Below, one piece after another: positions 13,992 to 23,276 of a stretch of DNA of 35,645 nt (positions are counted from its first letter, which is position 1; each line of letters opens with the position of its first letter). The notes beneath the pieces were generated by a model that saw only the letters and a program-made list of their open reading frames with translations, made no database searches and had not been told where the DNA came from. Position numbers and translations under genes: made by a program. Source of the DNA: a virus; IMG/VR virus record IMGVR_UViG_3300045988_027218, positions 1 to 35,645 of that record, one strand, 5' to 3'.

Positions 13992-14562
13992 CATCTATTA
14001 TGCAATAGCTAGTTACCATAGACCAAAATGTAAAACGTATTACGCACTAAAAGAATGTGGAATTGAAGATGAAAGAATTGTTATTAGCTTAAATGATTCA
14101 AATGATTTCAAAACTTATGTTGAAACATTAGGAAGTCAAGCTCAAATCATTACTAGGCGTGGAAATAACGTAGCTTCGAATAGAAATAACATTCTAAATT
14201 ATTTTGAAAATGGGGCAAAAATCATCTTACTAGATGATGACATCAGAGATTTTAGGAAATGGGAAGAAAAGCAAGGAAATAAATGTGGAGCGCAGAAAAA
14301 AATCACTGAATTGGATAAGACATTTAATGAGGTATTCTCATTTATGCAAAAGAACAATATTCACTTCATGGGATGTCTACCCACAACCAATAATATGAAT
14401 ATAGCTAGCTATGTTAAGAAAGGTGAAACATATTCATTCAATACACTCGTACAAGGTGGATTGTGTTTTGTTATTAAAAGTGAAGAAATCAAATTTGATG
14501 AGAAATGGGATATGTTAGAGGATTATGAATTGAATCAATATGATTGTTATAGGGGGGATTAA
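13984..14562 (+). CDS. GT-A-fold glycosyltransferase-like protein (tentative)
   Basis: IASYHRPKCKTY...NVASNRNNILNYFENGAKIILLDDDIRDF...MLEDYEL resembles the GT2-like layout (YNRP, a DxD-type DDD, ED). This is a weak call made by eye only. Confidence 0.35.
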   Translation: MNNIYYAIASYHRPKCKTYYALKECGIEDERIVISLNDSNDFKTYVETLGSQAQIITRRGNNVASNRNNILNYFENGAKIILLDDDIRDFRKWEEKQGNKCGAQKKITELDKTFNEVFSFMQKNNIHFMGCLPTTNNMNIASYVKKGETYSFNTLVQGGLCFVIKSEEIKFDEKWDMLEDYELNQYDCYRGD

Positions 14563-14563
14563 A

Positions 14564-14905
14564 ATAGCAGAGAAACACGCAGGAGGACGCCCAAGAATAA
14601 AGATTGATTATGAAGCAGTTGAAAAGCTTGCTTCTATTGGATGTACTCAAGAAGAAATTGCAGATTTCCTAGGATGTTCGGTAAGAACATTATTAAGAAA
14701 TAGAAAGTTTTGTCAGACATATAAAAAAGGTATAAGCCACTCAAAAAGAAGTTTAAGACGTATGCAATTTGACAAAGCGTCAAAAGGGAATACGACCATG
14801 CTTATTTGGTTAGGTAAACAAATGCTTGGACAGAGCGAAAAGGTTGAGCAGACAATGACACATGAGATTGAGGACTTAACACCTTTGGCAGATTTATTAA
14901 AATGA
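14564..14905 (+). CDS. terS: terminase small subunit (HTH type), probable ATA start
   Basis: (M)AEKHAGGRPRIKIDYEAVEKLASIGCTQEEIADFLGCSVRTLLRN is a typical terS N-terminus. SD AGGGGGGA (14551-14558) is followed by 5 nt and then ATA 14564. The in-frame ORF-track ATG 14540 has no SD. Confidence 0.7.
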   Translation: MAEKHAGGRPRIKIDYEAVEKLASIGCTQEEIADFLGCSVRTLLRNRKFCQTYKKGISHSKRSLRRMQFDKASKGNTTMLIWLGKQMLGQSEKVEQTMTHEIEDLTPLADLLK

Positions 14906-16239
14906 TGACTAGAACGATTCCTTGGGGGAAATTTTCAGATAAACATAAGAATTATATTAAGACCGCCCTAAATTACAAACAAAGTGTAGCAGAAGGAGCG
15001 GTACGAAGTGGCAAAACGATTGACCACTGCATAATCTTTTCAATGTATTTAGAAACATGCGAAGATAAAATACATTTAGCGAGTGGGTCAAGCTTACCAA
15101 ATGCGAAATTAAACATAGGCGATTGCAATGGTTTCGGCTTAGAACATATCTTTCGTGGGCGGTGTCGTTGGGGTAAATACAAATCGAACGAAGCACTATT
15201 TGTCCAAACAAAGACAGGCGAAAAGATAGTTATATTTACAGGCGGTGGAAAGTCCGATTCATATAAGAGCATATTAGGTAACTCATATGGTGGATGGATA
15301 GCGACCGAAATAAATGAGCATTACGATTGTGATGATTCTAGAACAAGCTTTATCAAGGTAGCGATGGCAAGACAGATTGCAAGTGTACATCCATTTACAT
15401 TATGGGATTTAAACCCATCAAACCCAAACGCAGACATCTATAAGAATTACATAGATAAATTTATGGGGTTAGATTGGTACAGATATGAGCACTTCAACAT
15501 CTTTGACAATGCTACAATGAGCCAAGAAAGAATCGAAGAAATCCAAAACAAATATGACAAGAATTCAGTATGGTACAAGCGAGATATTTTAGGGGAAAGA
15601 ATGGTTGCCGAAGGTCTAGTCTTTCCTTATTTTGCCAATAACTGCAAGCCTTACCTATTCAAATATCAGAGTCTAAAAGAAAAGATGAAGGAAAAAGGAA
15701 AAAGGTTCAGTCATTTAATCATAGGCGTTGACTTTGGAGACAATGGTTCAAAGTATTCATGGCACTTAACAGGATTCACAAATGATTGGGATTATATGTG
15801 GGCACTTGATGAAGGAGACATGGCAAAGTCAAATGCAATAGACGCAACAAAGTTCTGCAAAGCATTTGTAAGATTCTATAAGCGTTGTATTGAATGTTAT
15901 GGGTATGTAGAATGGATATTTCCGGACAGTGCTTCTAATACACTCATAAACACGCTTAGAGCTTATTTCTACGCCGAAGGGTTAGACGGAAGTATAATTG
16001 CACCGGTTAAGAAGAATGAGCTTACAGACCGTCCTATAACAGTTGATAGCTTACTTGTTACAGGTAGGTTAAAGATAGAAGAGCATTGTAAGAACTTAAT
16101 AAACGCATTGAGCGAATTAGTATGGGATGAAAAGAAAGACATTCCAAAAGATGAGAACGTAAACAATATCAATGATGATTGGGATTCGTTCTGCTATACA
16201 TTTATCACACATAGTGGATATATAGATTTAAGGAGGTAA
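14902..16239 (+). CDS. terL: terminase large subunit
   Basis: Walker A motif GAVRSGKT near the N-terminus, 445 aa, positioned between terS and portal. The ATGA-type overlap with terS suggests coupling. Confidence 0.85.
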   Translation: MMTRTIPWGKFSDKHKNYIKTALNYKQSVAEGAVRSGKTIDHCIIFSMYLETCEDKIHLASGSSLPNAKLNIGDCNGFGLEHIFRGRCRWGKYKSNEALFVQTKTGEKIVIFTGGGKSDSYKSILGNSYGGWIATEINEHYDCDDSRTSFIKVAMARQIASVHPFTLWDLNPSNPNADIYKNYIDKFMGLDWYRYEHFNIFDNATMSQERIEEIQNKYDKNSVWYKRDILGERMVAEGLVFPYFANNCKPYLFKYQSLKEKMKEKGKRFSHLIIGVDFGDNGSKYSWHLTGFTNDWDYMWALDEGDMAKSNAIDATKFCKAFVRFYKRCIECYGYVEWIFPDSASNTLINTLRAYFYAEGLDGSIIAPVKKNELTDRPITVDSLLVTGRLKIEEHCKNLINALSELVWDEKKDIPKDENVNNINDDWDSFCYTFITHSGYIDLRR

Positions 16240-16242
16240 GAA

Positions 16243-17646
16243 ATAGAAACATCTAACACACGTAGACCGTGGTTTCAAAACTACCTTAACAAAAGAGGGT
16301 ATTATGTAGATACAAACGCAATTGAGATTATTGAATTGTGCAACAAATGGTATACAAATACCGAAACAGAATTTCATACGGCATACACATTAAATAATGA
16401 GGAATACACGCTAGATAAAACAGATTTTGCAAAGCGTTTATGCGAAGATGACGCAAACCTTATTGAAATCCTAGATATAAACGCAACAGAGGACAGTGCT
16501 ACAAATGACATTATTTCAGATATTCTAACGAAGAATAGATTTGATGTTATGTATAGGAAACAAGTTGAGCAAATGTCTGCAAATGGTACAGTAGGAGCTT
16601 ATGTGACGGTATCAAATGCCGAGATTTATGAAGATGGTACATTCAGTGGAGGAGAAATCAGAATCAACTATTGTGATTCAATGAATATCCTTCCATTAAC
16701 TGTTATCAATGATGAAATTGTGGAAGTTGCTTTCGTTGGAGTAAATTATGAGAAGTTAAAAAAAGTATATGTGATGGTCATGTTCTTAAAAGGACAAGAC
16801 GAAAGATATATTGCAGAAACACATTACTTCAAAGATACAGGCGAAGAAATAAAAGAGCGTGCTCAGATTGTTCAACTAGATGTTGTAAAGCCGTTTGCAA
16901 TTATGAGAAACGCAAAGGTAAACAACTTACAAATGCAAGGTTACGGCTTGCCGAAGATTTGGAGCGCAATTGCTCCTTTAAAAACAATTGATTTAACAAT
17001 GACAATGTGGAATCGTGATTTGTTGAAATCAGATAAAATCGTTCTTGTGAATGAAGCATTAATGCAGAAAGACGAGAATGGAAAGATTAAGATGAATCCA
17101 CAAATGAAAAAGATATTTGTTCAGTTAGGTAGAGACAAGTTACCGGAAGAAAAAGCTTTATGGCAAGAATACAATCCAACAGTTAGAACGGCAGAAGTTG
17201 TCCAATCGTTAGAAACTGCATTAAGTATCTTATCAATGATGTTTGGATTCGGTACAAAAAAATACACATTTGAAAGTGGAAGAATCGTAACGGCTACAGA
17301 ATATATCGGCGAAAACCAAGACGCTATGAAGGAAGTAAACTCACAACGTAAAGAATCTACCGCATATATTCAAGATATCATTCAAGCTATAGCATACTTC
17401 TACGAATTAACACAAGGCAGAAAGCTTAATATCAATTCATTAGACATTGCTATTGATTATGACGATACATACATTGAGGATAAGCAAAGCACGGCACAAG
17501 CGTTAAGAAATGACGCACTTACATTTGATATTCCAAGATTAAAGATTATGTATTTCATGAAACAATACGGATTCACAGAAGAAGAAGCAACGGAATTGTT
17601 GAATGAAGAAATTCAAGATGATGGAGAGGGGGATGACGAAGAATAG
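16243..17646 (+). CDS. portal protein (SPP1 gp6-like), ATA start
   Basis: The frame opens at 16240. SD AAGGAGGT (16230-16237) is followed by 5 nt and then ATA. The extension (M)ETSNTRRPWFQNYLNKRGYYVDTNAIEIIELCNKWYTN...FH matches the recalled portal N-terminus (GY.V......I..W..WY). The first canonical codon is TTG 16336. Confidence 0.8.
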   Translation: METSNTRRPWFQNYLNKRGYYVDTNAIEIIELCNKWYTNTETEFHTAYTLNNEEYTLDKTDFAKRLCEDDANLIEILDINATEDSATNDIISDILTKNRFDVMYRKQVEQMSANGTVGAYVTVSNAEIYEDGTFSGGEIRINYCDSMNILPLTVINDEIVEVAFVGVNYEKLKKVYVMVMFLKGQDERYIAETHYFKDTGEEIKERAQIVQLDVVKPFAIMRNAKVNNLQMQGYGLPKIWSAIAPLKTIDLTMTMWNRDLLKSDKIVLVNEALMQKDENGKIKMNPQMKKIFVQLGRDKLPEEKALWQEYNPTVRTAEVVQSLETALSILSMMFGFGTKKYTFESGRIVTATEYIGENQDAMKEVNSQRKESTAYIQDIIQAIAYFYELTQGRKLNINSLDIAIDYDDTYIEDKQSTAQALRNDALTFDIPRLKIMYFMKQYGFTEEEATELLNEEIQDDGEGDDEE

Positions 17647-18452
17647 CAACTACATATTTTCCATTCGTCTCAAGAAATGGCGATAGATTAGTATTATATG
17701 ACGCTTTCAGAAGATTGTTCTCAAGCTACTTTACAAATGGCGTGTTCGTAGATGATTCTAGTTCAGACCATTTAAGAGTTGAGAAGGCTCAAGGCTTAAC
17801 ACTTACAGTTAAGGCAGGACGAGCAAATATTAATGGAGCGTTCTATTGGCAGAAAGATGACGAAACCATCACACTAGAAAAGAATAGCGCTACTAAAAGC
17901 TACAATATTATTCTTAGATTGAATGATAATGACGCATACAGAAACATTACCTTAGTAGCAAGTGATATCAATGATGGAATCACAAGAAGTGATTCTATTT
18001 ATGATTTAGTATTAGCTACGGTAACAGTGACAGGCAATGTGAACGAAGTTAAAGGCTCAGATATTACTGATACAAGATTAGATTCTACACGTTGCGGAGC
18101 AGTTACAAGCACAATTAAAAGCGTACAATCGTTGGATTTATTCACACAGGTTACGGAGTTATTTAAGGAAATTAAAGCTCAGAATGAATCTGAAATGAAT
18201 GCAAATAGAACAGAATTTAATGATTGGTTTGAAACTGTAAAGGATACGTTAGACGCAAATACGGCAGGAAAACTATCGAACAGAATTTCAAACATTGAAA
18301 AGATGATTATGGAGAACCATTTCACCACAATTCTATTAACGGAAGATGGAACACTAGTAGATGAGAATGGTCATGAGATTCTAGCCGATTGGGCGTATGA
18401 AGTTGATAAAGGTGAAGTAGGCAAAGATTGGACTTACAAGGTGAAATCATGA
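17643..18452 (+). CDS. tail-fibre/receptor-binding-type structural protein, ATA start
   Basis: (M)ATTYFPFVSRNGDRLVLYDAFRRLFSSYFTNGVF...LTLTVKAGRANINGAFYW. ATA 17643 overlaps the portal TAG stop (gaATAGca), with the GAGAGGGGGA SD 9 nt upstream. The ORF track starts at TTG 17715. Confidence 0.6.
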   Translation: MATTYFPFVSRNGDRLVLYDAFRRLFSSYFTNGVFVDDSSSDHLRVEKAQGLTLTVKAGRANINGAFYWQKDDETITLEKNSATKSYNIILRLNDNDAYRNITLVASDINDGITRSDSIYDLVLATVTVTGNVNEVKGSDITDTRLDSTRCGAVTSTIKSVQSLDLFTQVTELFKEIKAQNESEMNANRTEFNDWFETVKDTLDANTAGKLSNRISNIEKMIMENHFTTILLTEDGTLVDENGHEILADWAYEVDKGEVGKDWTYKVKS

Positions 18453-18748
18453 GACAAGGAACAACGCCAACAATTCAAATAACAATAAATGATATTGATT
18501 TAAATGAAATGCAGAATATCTATGTGGTATTTGAACAGAACGGATATATCTTGAAAAAAGAATCAAGTGATTTAGACATTGAAGGAAATACTATTTCAGT
18601 TTCGTTAAGTCAAGAAGAAACGCTCAATTTCAAAGAGGGTACTTGTAACATTCAATTAAGAATGATTACAAAAGGAGGAGTTGCTATTGCTTCTCCTATC
18701 AAGACAACAAAGGTATATAGAGTATTGAATAAGGAAGTGATTACATGA
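18449..18748 (+). CDS. hypothetical structural protein
   Basis: ATG 18449 lies in an ATGA overlap and follows AAGGTGA. The product begins MRQGTTPTIQITIND... Confidence 0.6.
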   Translation: MRQGTTPTIQITINDIDLNEMQNIYVVFEQNGYILKKESSDLDIEGNTISVSLSQEETLNFKEGTCNIQLRMITKGGVAIASPIKTTKVYRVLNKEVIT

Positions 18749-19074
18749 TTCTTATGAAAGATATTCAAATGAATATACAAGATGAATCAGACAAGCTTCA
18801 AATTGAAATCAATGAAGATAAAGAAACATTAGCTTTAGGCTTAGATGAGAAGTTTGTTGAAGGTACAAGTGATTACAACAAGCTAAAGAACAAGCCTAAA
18901 TTAAATGGTAATGAAATCATTGGAGAGGTAGAGGAAATAGACCCAACAGTTCCAACGTGGGCAAAAGTAGAGACAATACCGGTATATACACCGGAAGATA
19001 TTGGAGCTATGGCAGAAGGTTCTGTAACTTCTGTATCAACAACCGAACTAGATGAATTATGGAATAGTATATAG
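18745..19074 (+). CDS. fibre-associated protein (DYNKLKNKPKLNG motif)
   Basis: SDYNKLKNKPKLNGNEIIG is a motif I recall from Firmicute phage tail fibres. The gene overlaps its upstream neighbour. Confidence 0.55.
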   Translation: MILMKDIQMNIQDESDKLQIEINEDKETLALGLDEKFVEGTSDYNKLKNKPKLNGNEIIGEVEEIDPTVPTWAKVETIPVYTPEDIGAMAEGSVTSVSTTELDELWNSI

Positions 19075-19085
19075 GAGGAAAAAGA

Positions 19086-19694
19086 ATAGCTATTGAATAT
19101 TTAGATAAGAGTGGATTGACGCTCTTAATCAGTAAAATTAAATCGGCGTTAGGTGGGAAAGTTGATGTTGAAATTGGTAAAGGCTTATCAACAAATGACT
19201 ATACTAATGCGGAAAAAAACAAATTAAGTGGTATCGCAAGTGGTGCTCAAGCGAATGTGATTGAGTCTGTAAAGGTTAACGGTACAAAAGTTGAGCCAAG
19301 TTCAAAAGCCGTAGATATTTCAGTGCCTACAAAGGTATCACAATTAACAAATGACAGTGGATTCCAAACATCTACGCAAGTAAATTCAATCGTTACAGGT
19401 AAAGGATATCAAACGCAATCACAAGTACAATCGTTGATTAATTCGGCAGTAGGTAATATTACATCTATTAGATATGAAAAGGTAACGAGCTTACCTGCTA
19501 CAGGTTCAAATGGTGTTATCTATTTGGTAGCACATTCACACGGAACACAAGATATTTATGATGAGTATATTTGGCTTTCAGAGACAAAGACATATGAAAA
19601 GATTGGTAATACAGACATTGATTTATCGGCATACGTTAAGAAGTCAGAATTAACTGCGATTACTACAAATGATTTAAATACAATGTGGGGTTAG
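19086..19694 (+). CDS. tail-fibre-type protein, ATA start
   Basis: (M)AIEYLDKSGLTLLISKIKSALGGKVDVEIGKGLSTNDYTNAEKNKLSGI. SD AGGAGGA (19073-19079) is followed by 6 nt and then ATA. The ORF track starts at TTG 19116. Confidence 0.6.
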   Translation: MAIEYLDKSGLTLLISKIKSALGGKVDVEIGKGLSTNDYTNAEKNKLSGIASGAQANVIESVKVNGTKVEPSSKAVDISVPTKVSQLTNDSGFQTSTQVNSIVTGKGYQTQSQVQSLINSAVGNITSIRYEKVTSLPATGSNGVIYLVAHSHGTQDIYDEYIWLSETKTYEKIGNTDIDLSAYVKKSELTAITTNDLNTMWG

Positions 19695-19697
19695 CGT

Positions 19698-19943
19698 ATG
19701 TCTTTCGTATTCAAAGACAAAGCTTCTATTCAGTGGCTTGTCGATAGAATAAAGTCTGTAACCACATCACATAACGCATTGAATCAAATGGTTATGAATA
19801 ACCACTTTACCACAAATCTAAACGCAACAAGCGCTCAAGATTTAGTGGATGAAAAAGGAAATACAATCTTAGCCGATTGGTCTTATGAAGTAGCAAGTGG
19901 AGAAGTCGGTAAGGATTGGAAATATAAAATCAAGGAGGAATAA
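19698..19943 (+). CDS. small protein duplicating the C-terminal module of the 17643-18452 protein
   Basis: NNHFTTNL...LVDEKGNTILADWSYEVASGEVGKDWKYKIKEE parallels ENHFTTIL...LVDENGHEILADWAYEVDKGEVGKDWTYKVKS. Confidence 0.6.
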   Translation: MSFVFKDKASIQWLVDRIKSVTTSHNALNQMVMNNHFTTNLNATSAQDLVDEKGNTILADWSYEVASGEVGKDWKYKIKEE

Positions 19944-19944
19944 C

Positions 19945-20871
19945 ATGCCAGGAAAACAAGTAACAGAATTAGAAGCATTACCTAGTTTCACGGATACCAG
20001 CTTACTACCTGTGCACAATGGCGCAGGATTAAAAAAAGGTTTATTATCAAAGCTTGTAGAGTATCTAGGAACTAAATTTAGTAATCCGAATTTGTTGATT
20101 AATCCGGATTTCAAAGTAAATCAACGTGGACTTACAACGTACAACGAAACAGATTATTCATTTGATAGATGGAAAATTTATAATACAACAGTAAAGCAAT
20201 TAGGTAATGGGATAAGCTATAAAGGTGGCAGCGCAACAACTAACTCTGTAGGAACTTTAGAAAATTATATAAGCCAAATCTTGGAGACTGAATTGAACGA
20301 AGAATTTACGATTTCGGTAAAGGTATCTTCTATTGTAGGTTCATTTAGACTTGAAGCTATGAAAAAAGGAGGCACTAGCCTTCTAGGCGGAAACGCGCTT
20401 ATTGGAAAAAAAGAAATCACAACAAATGGAATTCATACATTAACACTTGATGGTTCAAGTGCTCCATTAAGTATTATCAGATTTGGTACTACATCGCAGA
20501 ATGGAGCTTGCACAATTGAATGGATTAAATTGGAAAAAGGTAAAGTAGCAACAACATTTGTTGCTCCAAATTATGCAGATGAATTAATTAAGTGTCAGAG
20601 ATATTACTTTAAAAGATATTACTATTATGTATTTTATTCCGGTTCTGCAAGCTTTACATACATATTCTCAGACACAATTCCTAGTATGAGAATTAAACCT
20701 ACAGTAAACTTTGCAAATACTTCTAACTCCGGTTTAACAAGAGCCGTAGTTTCATTAGACACTACCGTGAAAGACCTTACCTTGCTTATTCAAGCCGTGA
20801 CAAGCAAGGTTGGAAATTGCAACGTAGGCGGAACTATAGAATTAGACGCAGAAATTTATGATGATGAATAG
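19945..20871 (+). CDS. receptor-binding / tail-fibre tip-like protein
   Basis: ATG 19945 follows AAGGAGGA. The product starts MPGKQVTELEALPSFTDTSLLPVHNG..., contains NLLINPDFKVNQRG...FDRW, and has a beta-rich C-terminus. Confidence 0.55.
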   Translation: MPGKQVTELEALPSFTDTSLLPVHNGAGLKKGLLSKLVEYLGTKFSNPNLLINPDFKVNQRGLTTYNETDYSFDRWKIYNTTVKQLGNGISYKGGSATTNSVGTLENYISQILETELNEEFTISVKVSSIVGSFRLEAMKKGGTSLLGGNALIGKKEITTNGIHTLTLDGSSAPLSIIRFGTTSQNGACTIEWIKLEKGKVATTFVAPNYADELIKCQRYYFKRYYYYVFYSGSASFTYIFSDTIPSMRIKPTVNFANTSNSGLTRAVVSLDTTVKDLTLLIQAVTSKVGNCNVGGTIELDAEIYDDE

Positions 20872-20882
20872 GAGAAGTAGAC

Positions 20883-21224
20883 ATGGCAAGAGTATATATT
20901 AATAAAGATTCAGAAAATAACATTACGTCTATTAATTCAGAAATCTTTTTATCACAAGAAGAAATGGACACAATGACAGAGATTGATAAGGGACAAGGAG
21001 ATAAATACGCACATGCACAAAGCCAGTATCTAGAAAAAGGATTAGTTGATGAATATGGAAGATATAACTACAAATATGTAGAAGGTAAAGTGATTGAGGT
21101 TGCAGAAGGAGACAAACCTACAATTGAAGAACCAAAAGCAGTACCAACTGAGCAAGAAAAGATTAATGCACAATTAATGCTACAGATTGCTCAATTAAAA
21201 GCTCAATTGAATGGGGTGAAGTAG
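20883..21224 (+). CDS. XkdW-like protein (tentative)
   Basis: It lies immediately upstream of an XkdX-like gene. The pattern ...VDEYGRYNYKYVEGKVIE... supports the call. SD TAGGAGA upstream. Confidence 0.45.
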   Translation: MARVYINKDSENNITSINSEIFLSQEEMDTMTEIDKGQGDKYAHAQSQYLEKGLVDEYGRYNYKYVEGKVIEVAEGDKPTIEEPKAVPTEQEKINAQLMLQIAQLKAQLNGVK

Positions 21225-21225
21225 T

Positions 21226-21345
21226 ATGAGTTATGAATTAATCAAATCGTATTATGAATTAGGCTTATTTACAAAGAGCGATTTAGAAATGTTTGCTTCT
21301 ATCGGTTGGATTACAGAAGCTCAGAGAAAAGAATTAATTAAATAA
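21226..21345 (+). CDS. XkdX-family small protein (39 aa; not in the ORF track)
   Basis: MSYELIKSYYELGLFTKSDLEMFASIGWITEAQRKELIK fits the recalled XkdX pattern (yY..g.yt..dv..fv..g.IT..q...i). Confidence 0.55.
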   Translation: MSYELIKSYYELGLFTKSDLEMFASIGWITEAQRKELIK

Positions 21346-21361
21346 GCTTTAAAAGCGTTTT

Positions 21362-21384
21362 AAAGGGCATTTAAGCCCTTTTTC
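21362..21384 (+). terminator. rho-independent terminator closing the fibre module
   Basis: Stem AAGGGC (21363-21368) / GCCCTT (21375-21380) followed by TTTTT. Confidence 0.55.
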
Positions 21385-21400
21385 TATAGGGGGTATATAA

Positions 21401-22582
21401 ATGTTAAGCGAAGAAGAACAAAGGGAACAAGAACGTAAAAAAAGGCAAGAAGAAAGGAAGCAAGAACGCCTACAAAAGCAGATTGAAAAAAGAAGAAAGC
21501 TTGAAGAAAGAGAAAGAAAAAGTGTAAAGCGTGCAAGTGTATTTGAATTAGGAATGATGATATTCGTATCTAATAAAATTCGTGAAGTTTTAGAAAAAGC
21601 CACCGAAGAAAACGCAAAATTTAATGAGATATTAGCAAAATCACTGGTAGATTTGCGTAAATTCACAAAAAAAGAATCAAAAAGCCTAAAAAAAGATGTA
21701 ATTAAGGAATCTAAAAAGGATTTTGAAGAAAATAGGCAAGGAACACTTGATTTAATTGAAGAAGCAAGTGGGAAACCTATCAAAAAGAAGCTCAAGATAG
21801 ATTTATATATCAGTCCACAAAATGATACTTCAAGGCGTTGGAAGAAATATATCAAATCAAACGCAAACACGTATGCAATCGGTAAAGATAAGCTTCCTGT
21901 ATTCTTTACAAAGGTAGTTCAAGAAGAAGTTAAGAATGTAGTAGGTGGTAAATGCACAATTGATGATTCTTGCAGAAAAGCTATCTCAAAATTAGCATAT
22001 AGTGGCGTAAAAGTCGTTGAATATGATACAGGAGTTAAAAGAAATGTGGATGTGTGGGTAAGGCAACAAATGCAGTACGCAGAAAAAGAATCATCGCAAG
22101 AAATTAACAATAAATGCGCTAAAGATATGGGAGTTACTGTATTTGAGTTTGACGCTCATGCCAACGCAAGACCAACTCATAAGAAGTGGCAAGGTAAGCG
22201 CTACGACACAAAAGGGAAACTATATCCTAGTCTTTATCAGTTAACACATGGAGAAGAAAAAGATTATGGATGTAGGCACTTTGCGCAACCTGTTTGGGAT
22301 GTTGATATGCCTTATGCCTACACAAAAGAGCAGTTAAAGAATATTGATACAAAGCCTTTCACATTCCAAGGAAAAAAATATGAAGGATATGAAGCTAGGC
22401 AGTATCAAAGAGAACTAGAAAGAAATATCAGAGCGTTGAAAAGGGAAGTAATCTTATTGGACAATCAAGGATTAGGCAGTACAGAAGCCAAAATCAAACT
22501 AAAACACGCAAATGCAACGTATAAAGCTTTCAGTTCTGAAATGGGAGACAGAGTTCACAACGATAGGCTTAGAATCGGCTAA
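21401..22582 (+). CDS. minor capsid / head-morphogenesis protein (SPP1 gp7 / minor capsid 2 type)
   Basis: FEFDAHANARPTHKKWQGKRY...YGCRHFAQPV is the recalled gp7/Mu-F-like core. The N-terminal extension is K/E-rich. SD AGGGGG upstream. Confidence 0.7.
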   Translation: MLSEEEQREQERKKRQEERKQERLQKQIEKRRKLEERERKSVKRASVFELGMMIFVSNKIREVLEKATEENAKFNEILAKSLVDLRKFTKKESKSLKKDVIKESKKDFEENRQGTLDLIEEASGKPIKKKLKIDLYISPQNDTSRRWKKYIKSNANTYAIGKDKLPVFFTKVVQEEVKNVVGGKCTIDDSCRKAISKLAYSGVKVVEYDTGVKRNVDVWVRQQMQYAEKESSQEINNKCAKDMGVTVFEFDAHANARPTHKKWQGKRYDTKGKLYPSLYQLTHGEEKDYGCRHFAQPVWDVDMPYAYTKEQLKNIDTKPFTFQGKKYEGYEARQYQRELERNIRALKREVILLDNQGLGSTEAKIKLKHANATYKAFSSEMGDRVHNDRLRIG

Positions 22583-22585
22583 AAC

Positions 22586-22600
22586 GCTCACATTGTGAGC
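22586..22600. promoter_or_regulatory. second copy of the GCTCACAWTGTGAGC palindrome
   Basis: GCTCACATTGTGAGC lies 3 nt after the minor capsid stop codon and has no clear T-run. TAAAAT lies 20 bp downstream of its centre. Confidence 0.35.
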
Positions 22601-22678
22601 TATTATTCAAGCTAAAATATAGTTAGCCAAAGCCATACCGGAGAAGATTCGGTTTATAAAAGACTTTAGGAGGGCAAA

Positions 22679-23263
22679 ATGAAAAACATTATTGAAATTT
22701 TAAAAGAATCAAACATTGAATTAACCAAAGAGCAAGAGGAATCAATTACAAAGCTAGTAAATGACAACTATAAGACGATTGCAGAGTTCGACAAGCAAAA
22801 AGAAAAGCTATCTTTAGCAGAGAACAACGCAAAGGAAATTCAAACAAAGTTTGATAATTTCAAGAAAAGCTATGATGGGGTTGATGTAGAAGAATTGAAA
22901 AATAAAATCAATACATTGACGAATGATATTGATACTCAAAAAACTACATACGAAACTCAGATTAGCAAAATGAATCTTGATTCTGTATTAAGTGCAAAAG
23001 CTAAAGAATACGGATGTAAAGATTTTGATTTAGCAAAATCACAATTCAACTATGATAATTTACTAAATTCAAAAGACCAAACAAATGATATTGACAAAGC
23101 TTTTAAAACATTAAAAGAAAATAAGCCAATCTTATTTGAAGAAGAACAGAAAGGACCTACTGCAACAGGAAATATCGTTGGAAGCAGTGGTCAAGGGGAG
23201 AACCCAAATGCCGAAGATTTATTATTACGACAAGCAATGGGTTTAACTACAGAAAAGAAATAA
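22679..23263 (+). CDS. scaffolding protein (GP20-like)
   Basis: Helical, acidic 194-aa protein directly upstream of the major capsid gene. SD TAGGAGGG upstream. Confidence 0.65.
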   Translation: MKNIIEILKESNIELTKEQEESITKLVNDNYKTIAEFDKQKEKLSLAENNAKEIQTKFDNFKKSYDGVDVEELKNKINTLTNDIDTQKTTYETQISKMNLDSVLSAKAKEYGCKDFDLAKSQFNYDNLLNSKDQTNDIDKAFKTLKENKPILFEEEQKGPTATGNIVGSSGQGENPNAEDLLLRQAMGLTTEKK

Positions 23264-23276
23264 GGAGGATTAATTA

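Noticed and set aside
21349-21870. 173-aa minus-strand ORF opposite the 5' part of the minor capsid gene.
   Set aside because: It is the antisense of a K/E-rich coding stretch, which gives a long stop-free F/S/L-rich shadow frame. It has no SD and would run against a terminator.
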